Assembly: GCF_023055435.1 (NCBI RefSeq)
Contig: NW_025964090.1
Location: forward strand, 3,224,001 to 3,288,000
DNA: 64,000 bases
From: Haliotis rufescens
Lineage: Eukaryota
Direction: 5' to 3'
Made by a program: the position numbers and the translations under genes. The number at the start of each line of letters is the position of its first letter. Position 1 is the first letter of the stretch. This document shows positions 40,822 through 52,587 of this stretch, one piece after another. Below the pieces are notes generated by a model. It made no database searches and was not told the DNA's origin. It was given only the letters and a program-made list of their open reading frames with translations.

Positions 40822-41697
40822 GTCGATCAAGCTCTCGAGAACTACCCGGATGAGTTGTCCGACGTGAAGGGAGTCACAGGTCAATACCCCGCCATCTTTG
40901 ACCTTGGAATGTGGCAGCTAACCCCAAACAGAAGCATCACTCTGTCTTATCTCCTTAAGAAAGCCCACAGCAGAGGCATCATCACCACACTGTGTCAGCA
41001 CTTATACAACCCAGTCACTGGAGGAAGCCCTTGGGTGGACAAAGATCCTGGCAACGTTACCCACACTGTCAGACGTCTTCTCCCTGGTGGAGACACGAAC
41101 CGGAAGTACAGGGACAACCTCGACAAGATCGCCGAGCTTGTCCTCAATCTAAAGGACGAGGAAGGGAAACTGATTCCTGTTCTCTTCCGACCTCTGCATG
41201 AGCTGAATGGAGACTGGTTCTGGTGGGGATATGGAAACCGAGCCAAAAATACATTAGAAGATCTGAAGTCCTTCTATAAGTACATCGTCACCTATCTTCG
41301 AGGTGTCAAGAATGTCCACAACATCCTGTACGTCATCAGTCCCGACAAGTTCCAAAACAAGAATGATTATCTTCAATTTTACCCAGGCGATGAGTATGTT
41401 GACATCATGGGAACCGACTTTTATTATAAATCTTCGAACGATACTACAGCCGATTTCCACAGGATTATAACAGATCTGGTGGAGATGGCTGAGTCTAGAA
41501 ACAAAATTCCAACACTCTCCGAATGTGGAATGTTTGATAATGGGATCAGCACCCATATGAACTTCTGGAATGACAATATCCTTGACGTCATCAAGGCCAG
41601 TTTGACGACAAGAAGAATTGCCTACATCCTGACCTGGGCCAATCAGTGTGCTGAGAATACATGTCAACTGTGGACACCCTATAACATTGTGAGTTAA
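40822..41697 (+). CDS. GH26 gene 1, catalytic exon 3, C-terminally truncated (possible pseudogene)
   Basis: ctgcag|VDQALENYPDELSDVKGVTGQYPA, RPLHELNGDWFWWG (acid/base Glu), YPGDEYVDIMGTDFY, LSECG (nucleophile Glu). Ends PYNIVS*, while the paralogs continue 30 residues after PY. Confidence 0.88.
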   Translation, partial: VDQALENYPDELSDVKGVTGQYPAIFDLGMWQLTPNRSITLSYLLKKAHSRGIITTLCQHLYNPVTGGSPWVDKDPGNVTHTVRRLLPGGDTNRKYRDNLDKIAELVLNLKDEEGKLIPVLFRPLHELNGDWFWWGYGNRAKNTLEDLKSFYKYIVTYLRGVKNVHNILYVISPDKFQNKNDYLQFYPGDEYVDIMGTDFYYKSSNDTTADFHRIITDLVEMAESRNKIPTLSECGMFDNGISTHMNFWNDNILDVIKASLTTRRIAYILTWANQCAENTCQLWTPYNIVS

Positions 41698-42783
41698 TGT
41701 ATGGGTTGAAATGTACGACAGTGGTTGGTAGCCCACTTTCCTTTCCTGCTATAGTGCCTCCACCAATATAGATAAGTGAGACAGTTTCCTACCACTTTAC
41801 GTGAGGTGAGGTCAAATGGGGTTTAACGCTGTGTTTAAGATTATTTCACTAATATAGCGACTCGCGTGCACGGTGCGCAGTCGCTATACTAGTGCCGGTT
41901 TTATAGTACCAGCTGACTGAGATACCATGCCGCAGCCTAACATAAAATACAAACACAGACACATTTAACTGACTCCGAGGCAAATAGTCCTGCTTTTAAC
42001 CTTAAATGACGAGCGACAGGCAGGGTAACAACAAGTACCATCTTTTAACCTCTTATGGTTTGACATGGCCAGAGGGTCCGCTCTCAGGGCAGTCTCCTTT
42101 CCCGTACACAACGGAAGCAGTTCAACCTAGGCAAAACCAAAGAGAGTGGTTGGAGATAAATTAGAAATTTGAGCTCATGACTTGGGGATTCTGACATTGT
42201 GTCACCTCAGAGAAGCCTCTCTTCCAAAAGGTTGGACGACGCCATACAGTCTCAGCATATTTGTGTAGTTTGCCTGCTTCACAAAGTATAAAACAGGTTT
42301 GTGAAGTTGTGCTCAATAATACTTTTCAATAGCATTTCACTTAACATGACGACGTGTCAGCTTACTGTTAAAGGAAAGCCCGAAGTGATGCAGGTCTCAG
42401 GTTAACGCTTAGGTGAAACCCACGAGCACGGATATGGTGCAGACAAACCTAGAAACATAATCAAGGCGAACCCCATGAGATTCTTGTAGAGATGGCGTGT
42501 CTCTGGCGAAGCATGCTGTTCCACTGGTGCACACAAAACCACGAGTATGGTGCTGAGATCACTGATGGTTCTTCAAACCCACGATGCCCCATTTCTATGA
42601 CGCATAATGGACAAAAATATGCCTAGTGAATTCCCGTACTTCAGACAACCGAGCCACCCGTGTCCCCTATCCCATGTGTGGCCTTCCTGTTATCTCAGGT
42701 TGCAGGATTGGCTGTCGTTATCTTTGTCGTTGTCTGATTTTACAGCAGGGACGACAGCGAGTGTTGTTGTTGTTCCAGTCATA

Positions 42784-42788
42784 ATGAG
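42784..42788 (+). CDS. GH26 gene 2, micro-exon 1 (ATG AG|gtgaga)
   Basis: Phase-2 donor compatible with the exon at 43451; analogous to the other copies. Confidence 0.55.
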
Positions 42789-43175
42789 GTGAGAATAATT
42801 TGAAAATTTGTCTCTAGATTTGTATTTTGAAGTTTGTAGCATTTAAGAGTACACTGCAAATATAATTCAGAGGTACATGTATATTGAGTGAGTGAGTGAG
42901 TGAGTGAGTGAGTGAGTGAAGATTTAACGTCACATCGGCAGTATTTCAGCCATATCCTGACGAACATGTATATTGAAGATTTTTAAATATTATAAAATAA
43001 ATAGATTCGCGGAAAAACATATATGGCAAATAGGCCACGTGGCCACTGTGAACAGTAAACAATTGCATTAGAATAACTTGCCAAAATTTCAGGCTAGTAT
43101 TCTGATTGAATGTTTTACCTAAACCTTTGTATTCTAAACAAACACATAACTTAATTTTCACAACTGATGCCTTTA

Positions 43176-43337
43176 GTGAGTGAGTATGGTTTTACGCCTC
43201 TTTTAGTAATATTTCAGCAATATTACGGCGGGGGACACCAAAAATGGGCTTCACACATTGTACCCATGTCGAGAATCGAACCCAGGTCTTCGGCGTGACG
43301 AACGAACGCTTTAACCACTAGGCTACCCGACCGCCCC
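43176..43337 (-). mobile_element. tRNA-derived SINE, family A
   Basis: Near-identical to 33-201. TSD actgatgccttta. Confidence 0.9.
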
Positions 43338-43450
43338 ACTGATGCCTTTAACAAGCATAAGCCCTTTTTTTTGTCATGAGCATTCTTTGAATGTCGGCTG
43401 AAGAAAACAATTAAGGAAGTGCTGCGATATTTAATATCTTTGTCCCACAG

Positions 43451-43685
43451 ACACATACTAGCTGTAGGTCTTCTCCTGGGGTCTGCGACTTGTGGCCCAG
43501 TGGATCAGCAGGCTACCCAAGAGACGAGGAACTTATTCGGAAACATGAAAGACCTTGCTCGTAACTCCTCCAAGGTGATGTTTGGACATCATGAAGACAC
43601 ATGGATTGGAGCACAGGGAGGCCATCCTCCGTATATGGTACAGACTCTGACCCATGATGGAAACATACAGGCCTACATATTTTGG
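43451..43685 (+). CDS. GH26 gene 2, exon 2
   Basis: HILAVGLLLGSATCGPVDQQATQETRNLFGNMKDLARNSSKVMFGHHEDTW. cccacag acceptor. Probable GC donor (TGG|gcaagt) at the paralogous position. Confidence 0.85.
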
Positions 43686-44356
43686 GCAAGTAAAATATTC
43701 ATAATTCTACCTGTAACACTCATCTAAATGCTCCCATTTAACCCTCTCTTAAACTCTCTCTTAAGCAAACACAAAAGGAACATGTATATTTATCTTGTTG
43801 TCTGTACATTTATGTCACGTTAAGCATACGCCAATTTTGAATAGGACATTATAGGATTTTGTTTTGTTTGCTTGTTTGTTTGTCCACTCATCACTGGACC
43901 TGACAATCCAGCGATTGACATTATGAGCATCGATCCACGCAATTGAGATCTATGACATGCATCTACCATCTAGCCTGACCACCCGATCCTGTTAGTCGCC
44001 TCTTACGACAAGCATGGCCGCCTTTTACGACAAGCATTGGTTGCTGAAGACCTATTCTACCCCGGATCTGCCCGGGTCGACATTATATGAGTTTTGAAAG
44101 GTTCAAAAAGAATACTTGAACTATAATTTTGATGAAGACTAATTTCTTGCTTGTCTATAACAACATTTCAGGGTTGCTTCTTGCACCTTCTTGAAGAAGT
44201 AATCATTTTTAACAGATGAAAGGCAAGAAGCAGCCCAGAAACGTCGTTACAAACAATGAAGACGTTTTAATCCATACAAGGTTCCTGTTGTCTTGATCCT
44301 CCAACTTCTAAATGCTTATCAAAGACATAATTGTGATGTTTTATTTTCATTTCTAG

Positions 44357-45316
44357 GCACAACAGGCCAAAAATGGTGACCCTGATGAACTCTCCGACAC
44401 AAAAGGTGTTACTGGACAATATCCTGCAGTATCTGGTTTTGACTTTGCTCAGTTCTCTGATGAGCATATCATAAGCCTTACATATTTGGCAAAGCTTGCT
44501 TATGCTCGAGGGCAAATAGTCACCATATCTCAGCATCTCAACAACCCCGTGACTGGTGGTTCCCCATGGGTAAACAAGGACACGGGAGATGTTCTTCACA
44601 CAGTCAGAAGGATCCTGCCAGGCGGGGACAAGAATCACATCTACAAGCAGAATCTGGACAAGATTGCCGACTGGGCTCTCAACTTCACTGACTCAAGCAG
44701 CAAACCAATTCCTTTTGTTTTCCGTATCCTTCATGAGCTAAATGGCGGATGGTTCTGGTGGGGACTTTCTACAGAGACCCAGAATACTGCAAACGATATA
44801 ACTAGTCTGTATAGGTACATCGTGACCTACTTAAGAGACGTACGAGGTGCCCATAACATCCTTTACTGCGTCAGTCCAGATAAGTTTAAGACTAAAGACG
44901 ACTACCTGAAGGTGTACCCAGGAGACGACTACGTTGATGTACTGGGCACCGACTACTATTACATCAATGAGAACCAACCTCCTGTGTCAGATCTGAAGAG
45001 AACATTGGATGAATTGGTTGAGATTGCTGAAGCCAGAGATAAAATCCCCGCATTGACAGAAGTAGGTATGTTCAACAATGGTATCGATCGTGTGCACAAC
45101 TTCTGGAATGACCACGTTTTAGACATCCTGAAGACCGACTCCAAAGCAGCAAGAATTGCCTATATTCTCACATGGACCAATCATTGTTATGGTAACCACA
45201 AGTGCGAGCTCTGGATGCCTTACAAAGGCCACCCTGCAGAGGCGGACTTCAGAAACAACTTCTTCAATGATCCGATGACTTACTTTGCTGATCGAATTGG
45301 TGGCATGTACAACTAA
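44357..45316 (+). CDS. GH26 gene 2, catalytic exon 3 (beta-mannanase-like)
   Basis: Open from the ttctag acceptor. RILHELNGGWFWWG, YPGDDYVDVLGTDYY, ALTEVG, PYKGHPAEADF. AATAAA at 45330. Joined protein 399 aa. Confidence 0.93.
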   Translation, partial: AQQAKNGDPDELSDTKGVTGQYPAVSGFDFAQFSDEHIISLTYLAKLAYARGQIVTISQHLNNPVTGGSPWVNKDTGDVLHTVRRILPGGDKNHIYKQNLDKIADWALNFTDSSSKPIPFVFRILHELNGGWFWWGLSTETQNTANDITSLYRYIVTYLRDVRGAHNILYCVSPDKFKTKDDYLKVYPGDDYVDVLGTDYYYINENQPPVSDLKRTLDELVEIAEARDKIPALTEVGMFNNGIDRVHNFWNDHVLDILKTDSKAARIAYILTWTNHCYGNHKCELWMPYKGHPAEADFRNNFFNDPMTYFADRIGGMYN

Positions 45317-45991
45317 GATAGATCATCAGAATAAAGTCATGTATATTTGCTCATTATCTTACCTTATTTGAATTCTTAAGTCAGTGATGTTCAGATAAAT
45401 ATCCTTATGCTAACCTGTACAAAGATACTCGTTTCTGATTGGTTACTGACTGGGCAGTTTCTCCTTATGATAACCTGCACAAAGATACTCGTTTCTGATT
45501 GGTTACTGACTGGGCACTTTTCCGCCATGTACCCCGCTGACAGAGTAGGTACAACTTTCACATACCTCGCTTGGAAAAGCCGAAATGCTTACCATTGCGA
45601 TTTCAAAGATATAATTGTTGTGTCTTGGAACTGAACACTTATCAAATGACCTTAAGCAAGAATTCCAGATTGAAATGCATGGGCTGTAACTGGTGATGTA
45701 TGTACGTCGTCTGTTAGCTGTCAAGATATCCCTTAAACTATCTACTAGCCTTACGAATGAAGACATTTTAGATAGACGGGCCTCAGGTACTAGTAAGGTA
45801 GCGGCATACAACTGAAAAAGAATTCACCCTCTACCGTCATGGCAACAAACGTTTTGACTAGTTTCCTTACATCGAAACGGTTTCCTAATATATACACCAG
45901 CGGAAAACGTAAGTGTGCTTTTAATACATAGTGCAGTAAATGTTATGTTATTGAAAATAACATGTCCCAATCACTGTTATCGAAGCCATTG

Positions 45992-46157
45992 GGGGCGGTC
46001 GGGTAGCCTAGTGGTTAAGGCGTTCGCTCGTCACGCAGTAGACCCGGGTTCGATTCCCGACATGGGTACAATGTGTGAAGCCCATTTCTGGTGTCCCCCG
46101 CCGTGATATTGCTGGAATATTGCTAAAAGCGGCGTAAAACCATACTCACTCACTCAC
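45992..46157 (+). mobile_element. tRNA-derived SINE, family A
   Basis: Full length, TSD tcgaagccattg. Partial copies also near 3080-3185, 12490-12552, 48463-48531 and 49126-49200. Confidence 0.9.
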
Positions 46158-46699
46158 TCGAAGCCATTGATGTGGGTTCTGGATTATATACAAAGGCCAC
46201 CCTGCTGAAGCGGACTGCTGAATTATTTCTTTAATGGTCCCATGACTATATACCATGATGAACAATTATGAGGGCACTGTCCGTTCGTTTTTTAATGTCT
46301 CGGCTTCATGACGGCGACCTGAAAATGATCGTCCATTCGGCTTACCAGAAACCAATGATCGTGGGTTCGAATTCCAGATTCGCCCAGAAAATGTTGTGCT
46401 GTTTTTCAGCACCATACCCGTGTTCGTGGTTTTAACCAAAGCGGATAACCAAAAACCTGTATCATTTGGGGCTTTCATCCCACATCGAATCACGTGAACT
46501 ATCAAAATGTGGTTCGGTTTTTATGTTTTAAATGAACGAATTGCTTACATATAAATATACCAAGTTACGTTGCAAAATATGTTTGATAATAAACGGTACA
46601 TGATCGACAGAAATGAACAATGTACACATGAAGTATTTGAGACAAGTGGAATTAATACCTTGATTCTCAAAACCCCAAAGGATTTGCTATTTGAAATCT

Positions 46700-47385
46700 C
46701 AGAAAAGAACCAAGTTCTATTCTGTTAAAACATTCAACTTTGAACACCACTATCCCACATGACAAACTTAAGGAAAAGGGGCTTATGTTACAAAACGTGG
46801 TGAAGACAGATACAGTTACGTATCTATATTCAGATGTTGTGAAAAATGAAAGCAAATGCCATCTGAAGTTTTACTGAGAAAACAATTTGTGAAATGCTCA
46901 ACTTCTCATTGAAAACATCTTTGTAAAATTTGGGGGGAGACATTTATGGCCAGAAGTATGCATCCCCATGGGCACCAATTGTGCAAAGTCTGAACAAGGT
47001 TATGTGGTTATTATTATTAAATTTTCCTTCATCTCGAGCAATATTCCTGAAGCTCCAGCCTTTGGTGTTTATAGTTCACAACTTTTGAGATACAATCGAG
47101 CATGCTCTTTCTACCAAGATTTCAAAGAGTGTCAAACGACTCTTGCTCAGAATTTGATCAAGGTTACAACATTCAAGGCCTCAGTAAATCTTTCAATACG
47201 TTTTATGTTAGACATGTGAGGGACGCAATTTGACGCATCATTGACAAAAGTGATGTTCGATGCAATTCCCTATTTTGACTTGTGCCATGTGTCCCGTGTT
47301 TTTTTCAGAGAGACAGTTGACATGCCTTTGCATGTGTTTGTGACGGGTGCGACCAGTGGGGCAGGAAATGCTCACCTTGGTGTCA
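46700..47385 (+). mobile_element. Degenerate reverse-transcriptase retroelement relic (Penelope-like)
   Basis: Fragments NIFVKFGG...IPMGTNCA and SSNIPEAPAFGVYSSQLLRYNRACS, with deletions and frameshifts. Confidence 0.6.
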
Positions 47386-48273
47386 TAGTGATTCTTAAAC
47401 GCATGCTCATGATACAACCTGAATCATACTATCGACTCTTTTTATGCAGATATTTCTATTGGATATGGAAAGGGTTTTGTCGCTGTATGTGTGTGCTTAC
47501 TAAGCGGCAGTACAGTTCATTTCAGGTGAGAATGACTTCGCTCACTGAAAATAATTTCAAATGAACATGAAACACATGATAAATAAATTGAGAGCTTCAG
47601 TTTCTTTCGTCCCTTTGTTTACTTCCAATGGGGGCCCGTGAAGATCCGGGGAAGAATAGGTCTTCAGCAACCCATGCTTGCCGTAAAAGGCGACTATGCT
47701 TGTCGTAAAAGGCGCTGACTAGGTTGATGCTTGTCATCGATCCCAATTGCGTGGATCGATGCTCATGATATCAATCACTGGATTGTCTGGTCCAGACTCG
47801 ATTATTTACAGACCGCCGTCATATAGCTGGAATATTGCTGAGTGCGGCGTTAAACATCAAACAAACAAACAAAAACTTCCAATGGGTATTTTCAGCCAAC
47901 CCGAAATAATTCGAGTTAGAATTGGTCTTCATCAACACATGTCTGTCGTAAGAGGCAACAAACGGAATCAGGTGGTCGGGATCACTGGAATGTCTGGTCT
48001 AGATTCGACTATTTACAGACCGCCGCCATATAGCTGTAACAACCAACCAACCAACCAGTAAACCATTACAATGAATGCTACGATTAAGACTGCAGTAGGT
48101 GATGTGGTCTTACATAGTTTACCCTCTCAGGGGTACTCTTGTTCTACGCACGAACTAGCATGAGTATCACCCTAAACCATGAAATGTCCAACATATATTT
48201 ATCTGTGACTTTATCACGAGTCACGAAGAATGACTGAGAGATAGGAAAACGTAGTTTTTGAACACATGGTCTG

Positions 48274-48314
48274 TATAAATATAGTCTGAATTATCTCTGT
48301 TTGTGGAGTCATTC
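48274..48314 (+). promoter_or_regulatory. Putative core promoter of GH26 gene 3 (TATA, GATA, Inr-like)
   Basis: TATAAATA 48274, TTATCT 48291, TCATTC 48309, ATG at 48339. Confidence 0.45.
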
Positions 48315-48338
48315 TTATATGCTGGTCAGATTAAACAG

Positions 48339-48349
48339 ATGGCAGCCAG
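48339..48349 (+). CDS. GH26 gene 3, micro-exon 1 (ATG GCA GCC AG|gtacca)
   Basis: Lies downstream of TATAAATA (48274) and an Inr-like TCATTC (48309). Phase 2 fits the exon at 49493. Confidence 0.55.
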
Positions 48350-49492
48350 GTACCAGTACGACATTTTGCGTATTTTATTAGATTTTAATTTACATATAAA
48401 TCATTCTATCAATAATACGTCAAATCTGGAAACATCTTCCACATGTCTGAAATAAAACGTTTGAGTGAGTGAGTTTTGTTTTACGCCGCTTTTAGCAATA
48501 TTCCAGAAATATCACGGCGGGGGACACCAGAATAAAACGTTTGAAAGCTTTACTAAGGCCTTGAATGTGGTAACCTTGATAAAACCATTTTTAGCAAGAC
48601 ATGTATGACGCTCTTTGAAATGTTCGAAGAAGAGCATGATTAATTTACCTCAAAGCTGTAGACCAAAGGCTGAAGCTGTTGGAATATTGTTCGACATCAG
48701 GCAAAAAAAGAAAACGAAACATATGTTTCTCATTGCCGTGCGGATCATTCACAAATATACGTGGGAGGGAGATAAAGTGAGGAGGGAGATATGACTTTTT
48801 ATTGTATAGTTCACCTGGCTGAAATTCAACTGAGCTTATGTCGTGCCCTGTTTTTCGGTAATCCGTGATCCGTCGTAAACATCTTCTCCACAGAAACCAC
48901 TGGACCAAAAAAGTAAAATGTCATATGTTAGTTCCAACAAATGATAACAACCCGAATTGTTCAACAATTTCAAATCCGATTTTCAATATGGCCGCCGCGA
49001 CTGCCATATTGATAAACCTATTTATGACCCATGGGGTCATATGGGAATGAAATTTGGCATAGTTGTTGTTCTTGTATTGTATATATGTTCAGTGTTTTAA
49101 TGATATTTTGAATTTTGACTTTGTCAGGTGTCCCACGCCGTGATATTGCTGGAATATTGCTAAAAGCGGCGTAAAACCATACTCACTGACTCACTCACTC
49201 CATTACATTATGCCAAGGGCATACTGGCTCTGTAAACAAAGTCGGTTTCACATGAATTTGATTTCATTTTATTATCAATAGAAGTAACAGACGCGCAGGA
49301 TTTAAAGTGACGCGCTGCCGATGTCCGGGGACCTTTTTCCTATTGTAAGCCTTAAACAGGCGTCTTGTCACAACCCAGTGTCAAAAGACTGCTGCCTTCT
49401 ATCTGTATGTGATGTGTGTTTGTTTCAGGTGTACGTGCAGATATTCATCTCTGTTGCTTTGTCAGTACTAATTTGTCATATTTTGGTTGCAG

Positions 49493-49724
49493 TTCAACTT
49501 TTTGGATATTGTTCTTTGGGCTTTTCGTAAGTGCCTCTTGTCTACCCACGGACCAGCATGCTACGAACGAGACCCGTATTCTCTACAGGAATCTTTTGAT
49601 GATGGCCAGAAATCCAAACGTCTTCATGTTTGGTCATGCCAGCGACACATGGACCGGTTCATCTGGTGGCCACGCCCCTTATGCCATCATTACAAATACG
49701 AGTAATCAAGGTTGGAAATATACA
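49493..49724 (+). CDS. GH26 gene 3, exon 2
   Basis: STFWILFFGLFVSASCLPTDQHATNETRILYRNLLMMARNPNVFMFGHASDTW...GWKYT. ttgcag acceptor, gtatgt donor. Confidence 0.88.
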
Positions 49725-50093
49725 GTATGTACCTATTCTGTGGCACAGATGACATTATATACATTCTCTAACGAGAAGGTAGACGCCAATCTGTGTCAAT
49801 AACCCTAGTAATGCATTGATGAACTAGTTTATACATTTTAGAAATATAGGAAAGAATTGTGTCTAGTTTATAAATATGAGCAATATCAATACAAAATGTT
49901 CCAGTGGGAATTCCGAGTTAGGTCCCCAGCAAACCATGCTGGTCGTAAGAAGGAACCAAATGGAGTGGGTGGTCAGGCAAAGTGACTCGATTGGTCGCAT
50001 GTTATTGTTCCCCGACGACGTTAATCATTGCTCATACTATCCAAAACTGGATTGTCTGGACCAGACACGAGTATTTACAGGTCGCCGTCAAAG

Positions 50094-50349
50094 TTGGTTG
50101 GTTGGTTTGTTGTTCAACGCCGCACTCAGCAATATTCAAACTATATGACGGCGGTCTGTAAATAATCGAATCTGGACCAGTCAATCCAGTGAGCATCGAT
50201 CCACGCAGTTGGGATCGAAGACATGCATCAACCAAGTCAGCGAGCCTGACCACCCGATCCCGTAGGTCGCCTTTTACGAGAAGCATAGTCGCCTTTTACG
50301 GCAATTATGGGTTGCTGAAGATCTATTCTACCCCGGATCTTCACGGGTC
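50094..50349 (-). mobile_element. SINE family C (non-tRNA structured head, (AAAC/AACC)n tail), nested in an older copy
   Basis: TSD cgccgtcaaag fixes the 5' end at GACCCGTGAAGATCC. Other copies near 7295-7558, 43860-44078, 47634-47875, 53549-53806, 56250-56518 and 57740-57930. Confidence 0.85.
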
Positions 50350-50676
50350 CGCCGTCAAAGAGCTGGAATATTGCTCAGTGCGATGTGAAACAACAAACAA
50401 ACTATACAATGTTTATGAATATACAATTAAAACAGTATTGTACTTCAGATAACATTCTCTACTATAGATACAATATTCGCGGAAACAAATAAAAAAACCA
50501 TTAATGGTTGTGAGCAGAGTGACAGACGAAGGTCACAACCCTCTTCGGGTTTTTACACAACTGTCAATGTGTCCTGTCTAACATCGAGCATCTTCAGTGA
50601 AATCATCATATCATAATCATGTCAGGAAAGAAATGTGCCAGTACTGTACCGATACTTGTATTTGATTCTTTAACAG

Positions 50677-51630
50677 GTTGAACAGGCAATGACAGATTCC
50701 CCTGATGAGTTGTCCGACGTGAAGAGCGTGACTGGGCAGTACGCAGCAGTCATTGACTTCGGGATGTGGCAGCTGAGTCATGACCGAAAAATAATTCTGT
50801 CCCATCTTATCAAGACCGCCCACAAGCGTGGTGTGATTGCAACTCTGAGCCAGCATCTGTATAACCCCATCACAGGGGGAAGACCGTGGGTGGAAGAGGA
50901 CAATGGTACTGTCCTCCATACCGTCAGGCGTCTCTTACCAGGAGGAGATACCAATTGGAAGTTCCAGAAGAATCTCGACACGATCGCCGATCTCGCTCAT
51001 AACCTGACGGACGACCAGGGGAAGCTTATACCTGTTCTCTACAGACCTCTTCACGAGCTTAATGGAGACTGGTTTTGGTGGGGATTGGGAAATAAGGTTC
51101 AAAACACAGAAGATGACCTGAAATCATTTTATCGATACATAGTTACGTATCTACGTGATCATAAGAATGTTCACAACTTCCTGTATGTTTACAGCCCGGA
51201 CAAGTTCACGGACAAAACAGATTATCTCAAGGTGTACCCTGGTGATGATTATGTTGACGTTATAGCCACGGATTTCTACTACAAGACGCCAGCAGATAAG
51301 TCAAGTGACTTTCATACGGCAGTCAAGCAGATAGTGGAGATAGCCGAATCCAGAAATAAAATAGTTGCAGTGTCAGAGGCTGGAATTTTTGATAACGCCA
51401 TTGATAAGCAGACTAATTTCTGGAACGAAAAGATCCTTGATGCCATACAGAATGACCCCATCACTCGACGTATTGCATATATCCTGACATGGGCAAATCA
51501 GTGCAACAACAATGACTGTTCCGTGTGGGTGCCTTATAAAGGCCACCCTGCTGAAAATGACTTCAGACAAAACTTCTTTAATAACCCCATGACCCTGTTT
51601 GGAAGTGACATCCCAAACATGTACAAATGA
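50677..51630 (+). CDS. GH26 gene 3, catalytic exon 3 (beta-mannanase-like)
   Basis: RPLHELNGDWFWWG, YPGDDYVDVIATDFY, VSEAG. AATAAA at 51708. Joined protein 398 aa. Confidence 0.93.
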   Translation, partial: VEQAMTDSPDELSDVKSVTGQYAAVIDFGMWQLSHDRKIILSHLIKTAHKRGVIATLSQHLYNPITGGRPWVEEDNGTVLHTVRRLLPGGDTNWKFQKNLDTIADLAHNLTDDQGKLIPVLYRPLHELNGDWFWWGLGNKVQNTEDDLKSFYRYIVTYLRDHKNVHNFLYVYSPDKFTDKTDYLKVYPGDDYVDVIATDFYYKTPADKSSDFHTAVKQIVEIAESRNKIVAVSEAGIFDNAIDKQTNFWNEKILDAIQNDPITRRIAYILTWANQCNNNDCSVWVPYKGHPAENDFRQNFFNNPMTLFGSDIPNMYK

Positions 51631-52119
51631 AATATATGCTTATATAATTGGCGTATGGAAAGGGTGTTGTGTGGTAGAGCGTTTTCATGTTCCCATTGTC
51701 TTATTCAAATAAATAGACTTGTTTAGAATTGAATCATGACTTACTGCTTGCTATTTACTGTTGTACGTCAATGTAAGATTTTGAATATGTTAAAGAATGA
51801 GGTATTGAAAGAGTTCAAATGTATCTCCTTAGTGATGATGTCAGACAGGGGAAAGCAAGTTTTTATCAACTGAGGAAATTTTCTTTCTTCCGACCTTGAC
51901 GAATGCATATTTCAAATCGTTATGTTTTCATTCTCTAAAACTACAAACATACATGTTGAAAGTGGATGTGTAATCTTATTAAGTTTACATCTATTACTCG
52001 GATACGATACCTGTCTGAGTGATATTGTTTGTTTGTTTGTTTGTTGTTTAAAGCCGGATTTCAATGTGTTGTCTGGTCCAGACTCGATTCTTTACAGACC
52101 ACCGTCTTATAGTGAGTTA

Positions 52120-52587
52120 TTGAGTGAGTTGGGTTTAACACCGCTTTTAACAGTATTCAAGTTATATCACGGCGTGTCAGCTTAATGTGGGAGGAAATCC
52201 CGAAGTAATGCAGGTCTCAGACGTTTACCACTTCGATGAAACCCACGAGCACGGGTATGGTGCTGACAAATCTAGAAACATAATCGGGGCGAACTGGGAT
52301 TCGAACCCACAATCATGGGTTTCTTGCGAGCCCAAGGGACGTAGCTCTGCACACCGAATCGCTGCGTCTTAGACGACTGGGCCAGCCGTGCCCCCCAGTG
52401 AATGAGTGAGTCGGGTTTAACGCCGCTTTTAACAGTATTCCAGTTATATCACGGCGTGTCGGCTTAATGTGGGAGGAAATCCCGAAGTAATGCAGGTCTC
52501 AGACGTTTACCACTTCGGTGAAACCCACGAGCACGGGTATGGTGCTGACAAATCTAGAAACATAATCGGGGCGAACCGGGATTCGCG
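52120..52587 (-). mobile_element. Two tandem SINE family B copies (second is 5'-truncated)
   Basis: Direct repeat of the family B body at 52120-52396 and 52397-52587. Confidence 0.85.

Noticed and set aside
41254-41736. Antisense ORFs overlapping GH26 exons (also 44267-44638, 50617-50919, 56510-56890)
   Set aside because: Shadow frames of real coding sequence, not conserved in extent across paralogs.
33-46157. tRNA genes at the SINE heads
   Set aside because: Acceptor stems are incomplete and each is fused to a SINE body, tail and TSD.
49412-49428. Alternative first exon for GH26 gene 3 (ATG TGT GTT TGT TTC AG|gtgtac)
   Set aside because: Phase fits but the donor is weak and the intron only 64 bp. 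The 48339 candidate has TATA support. Not fully excluded.
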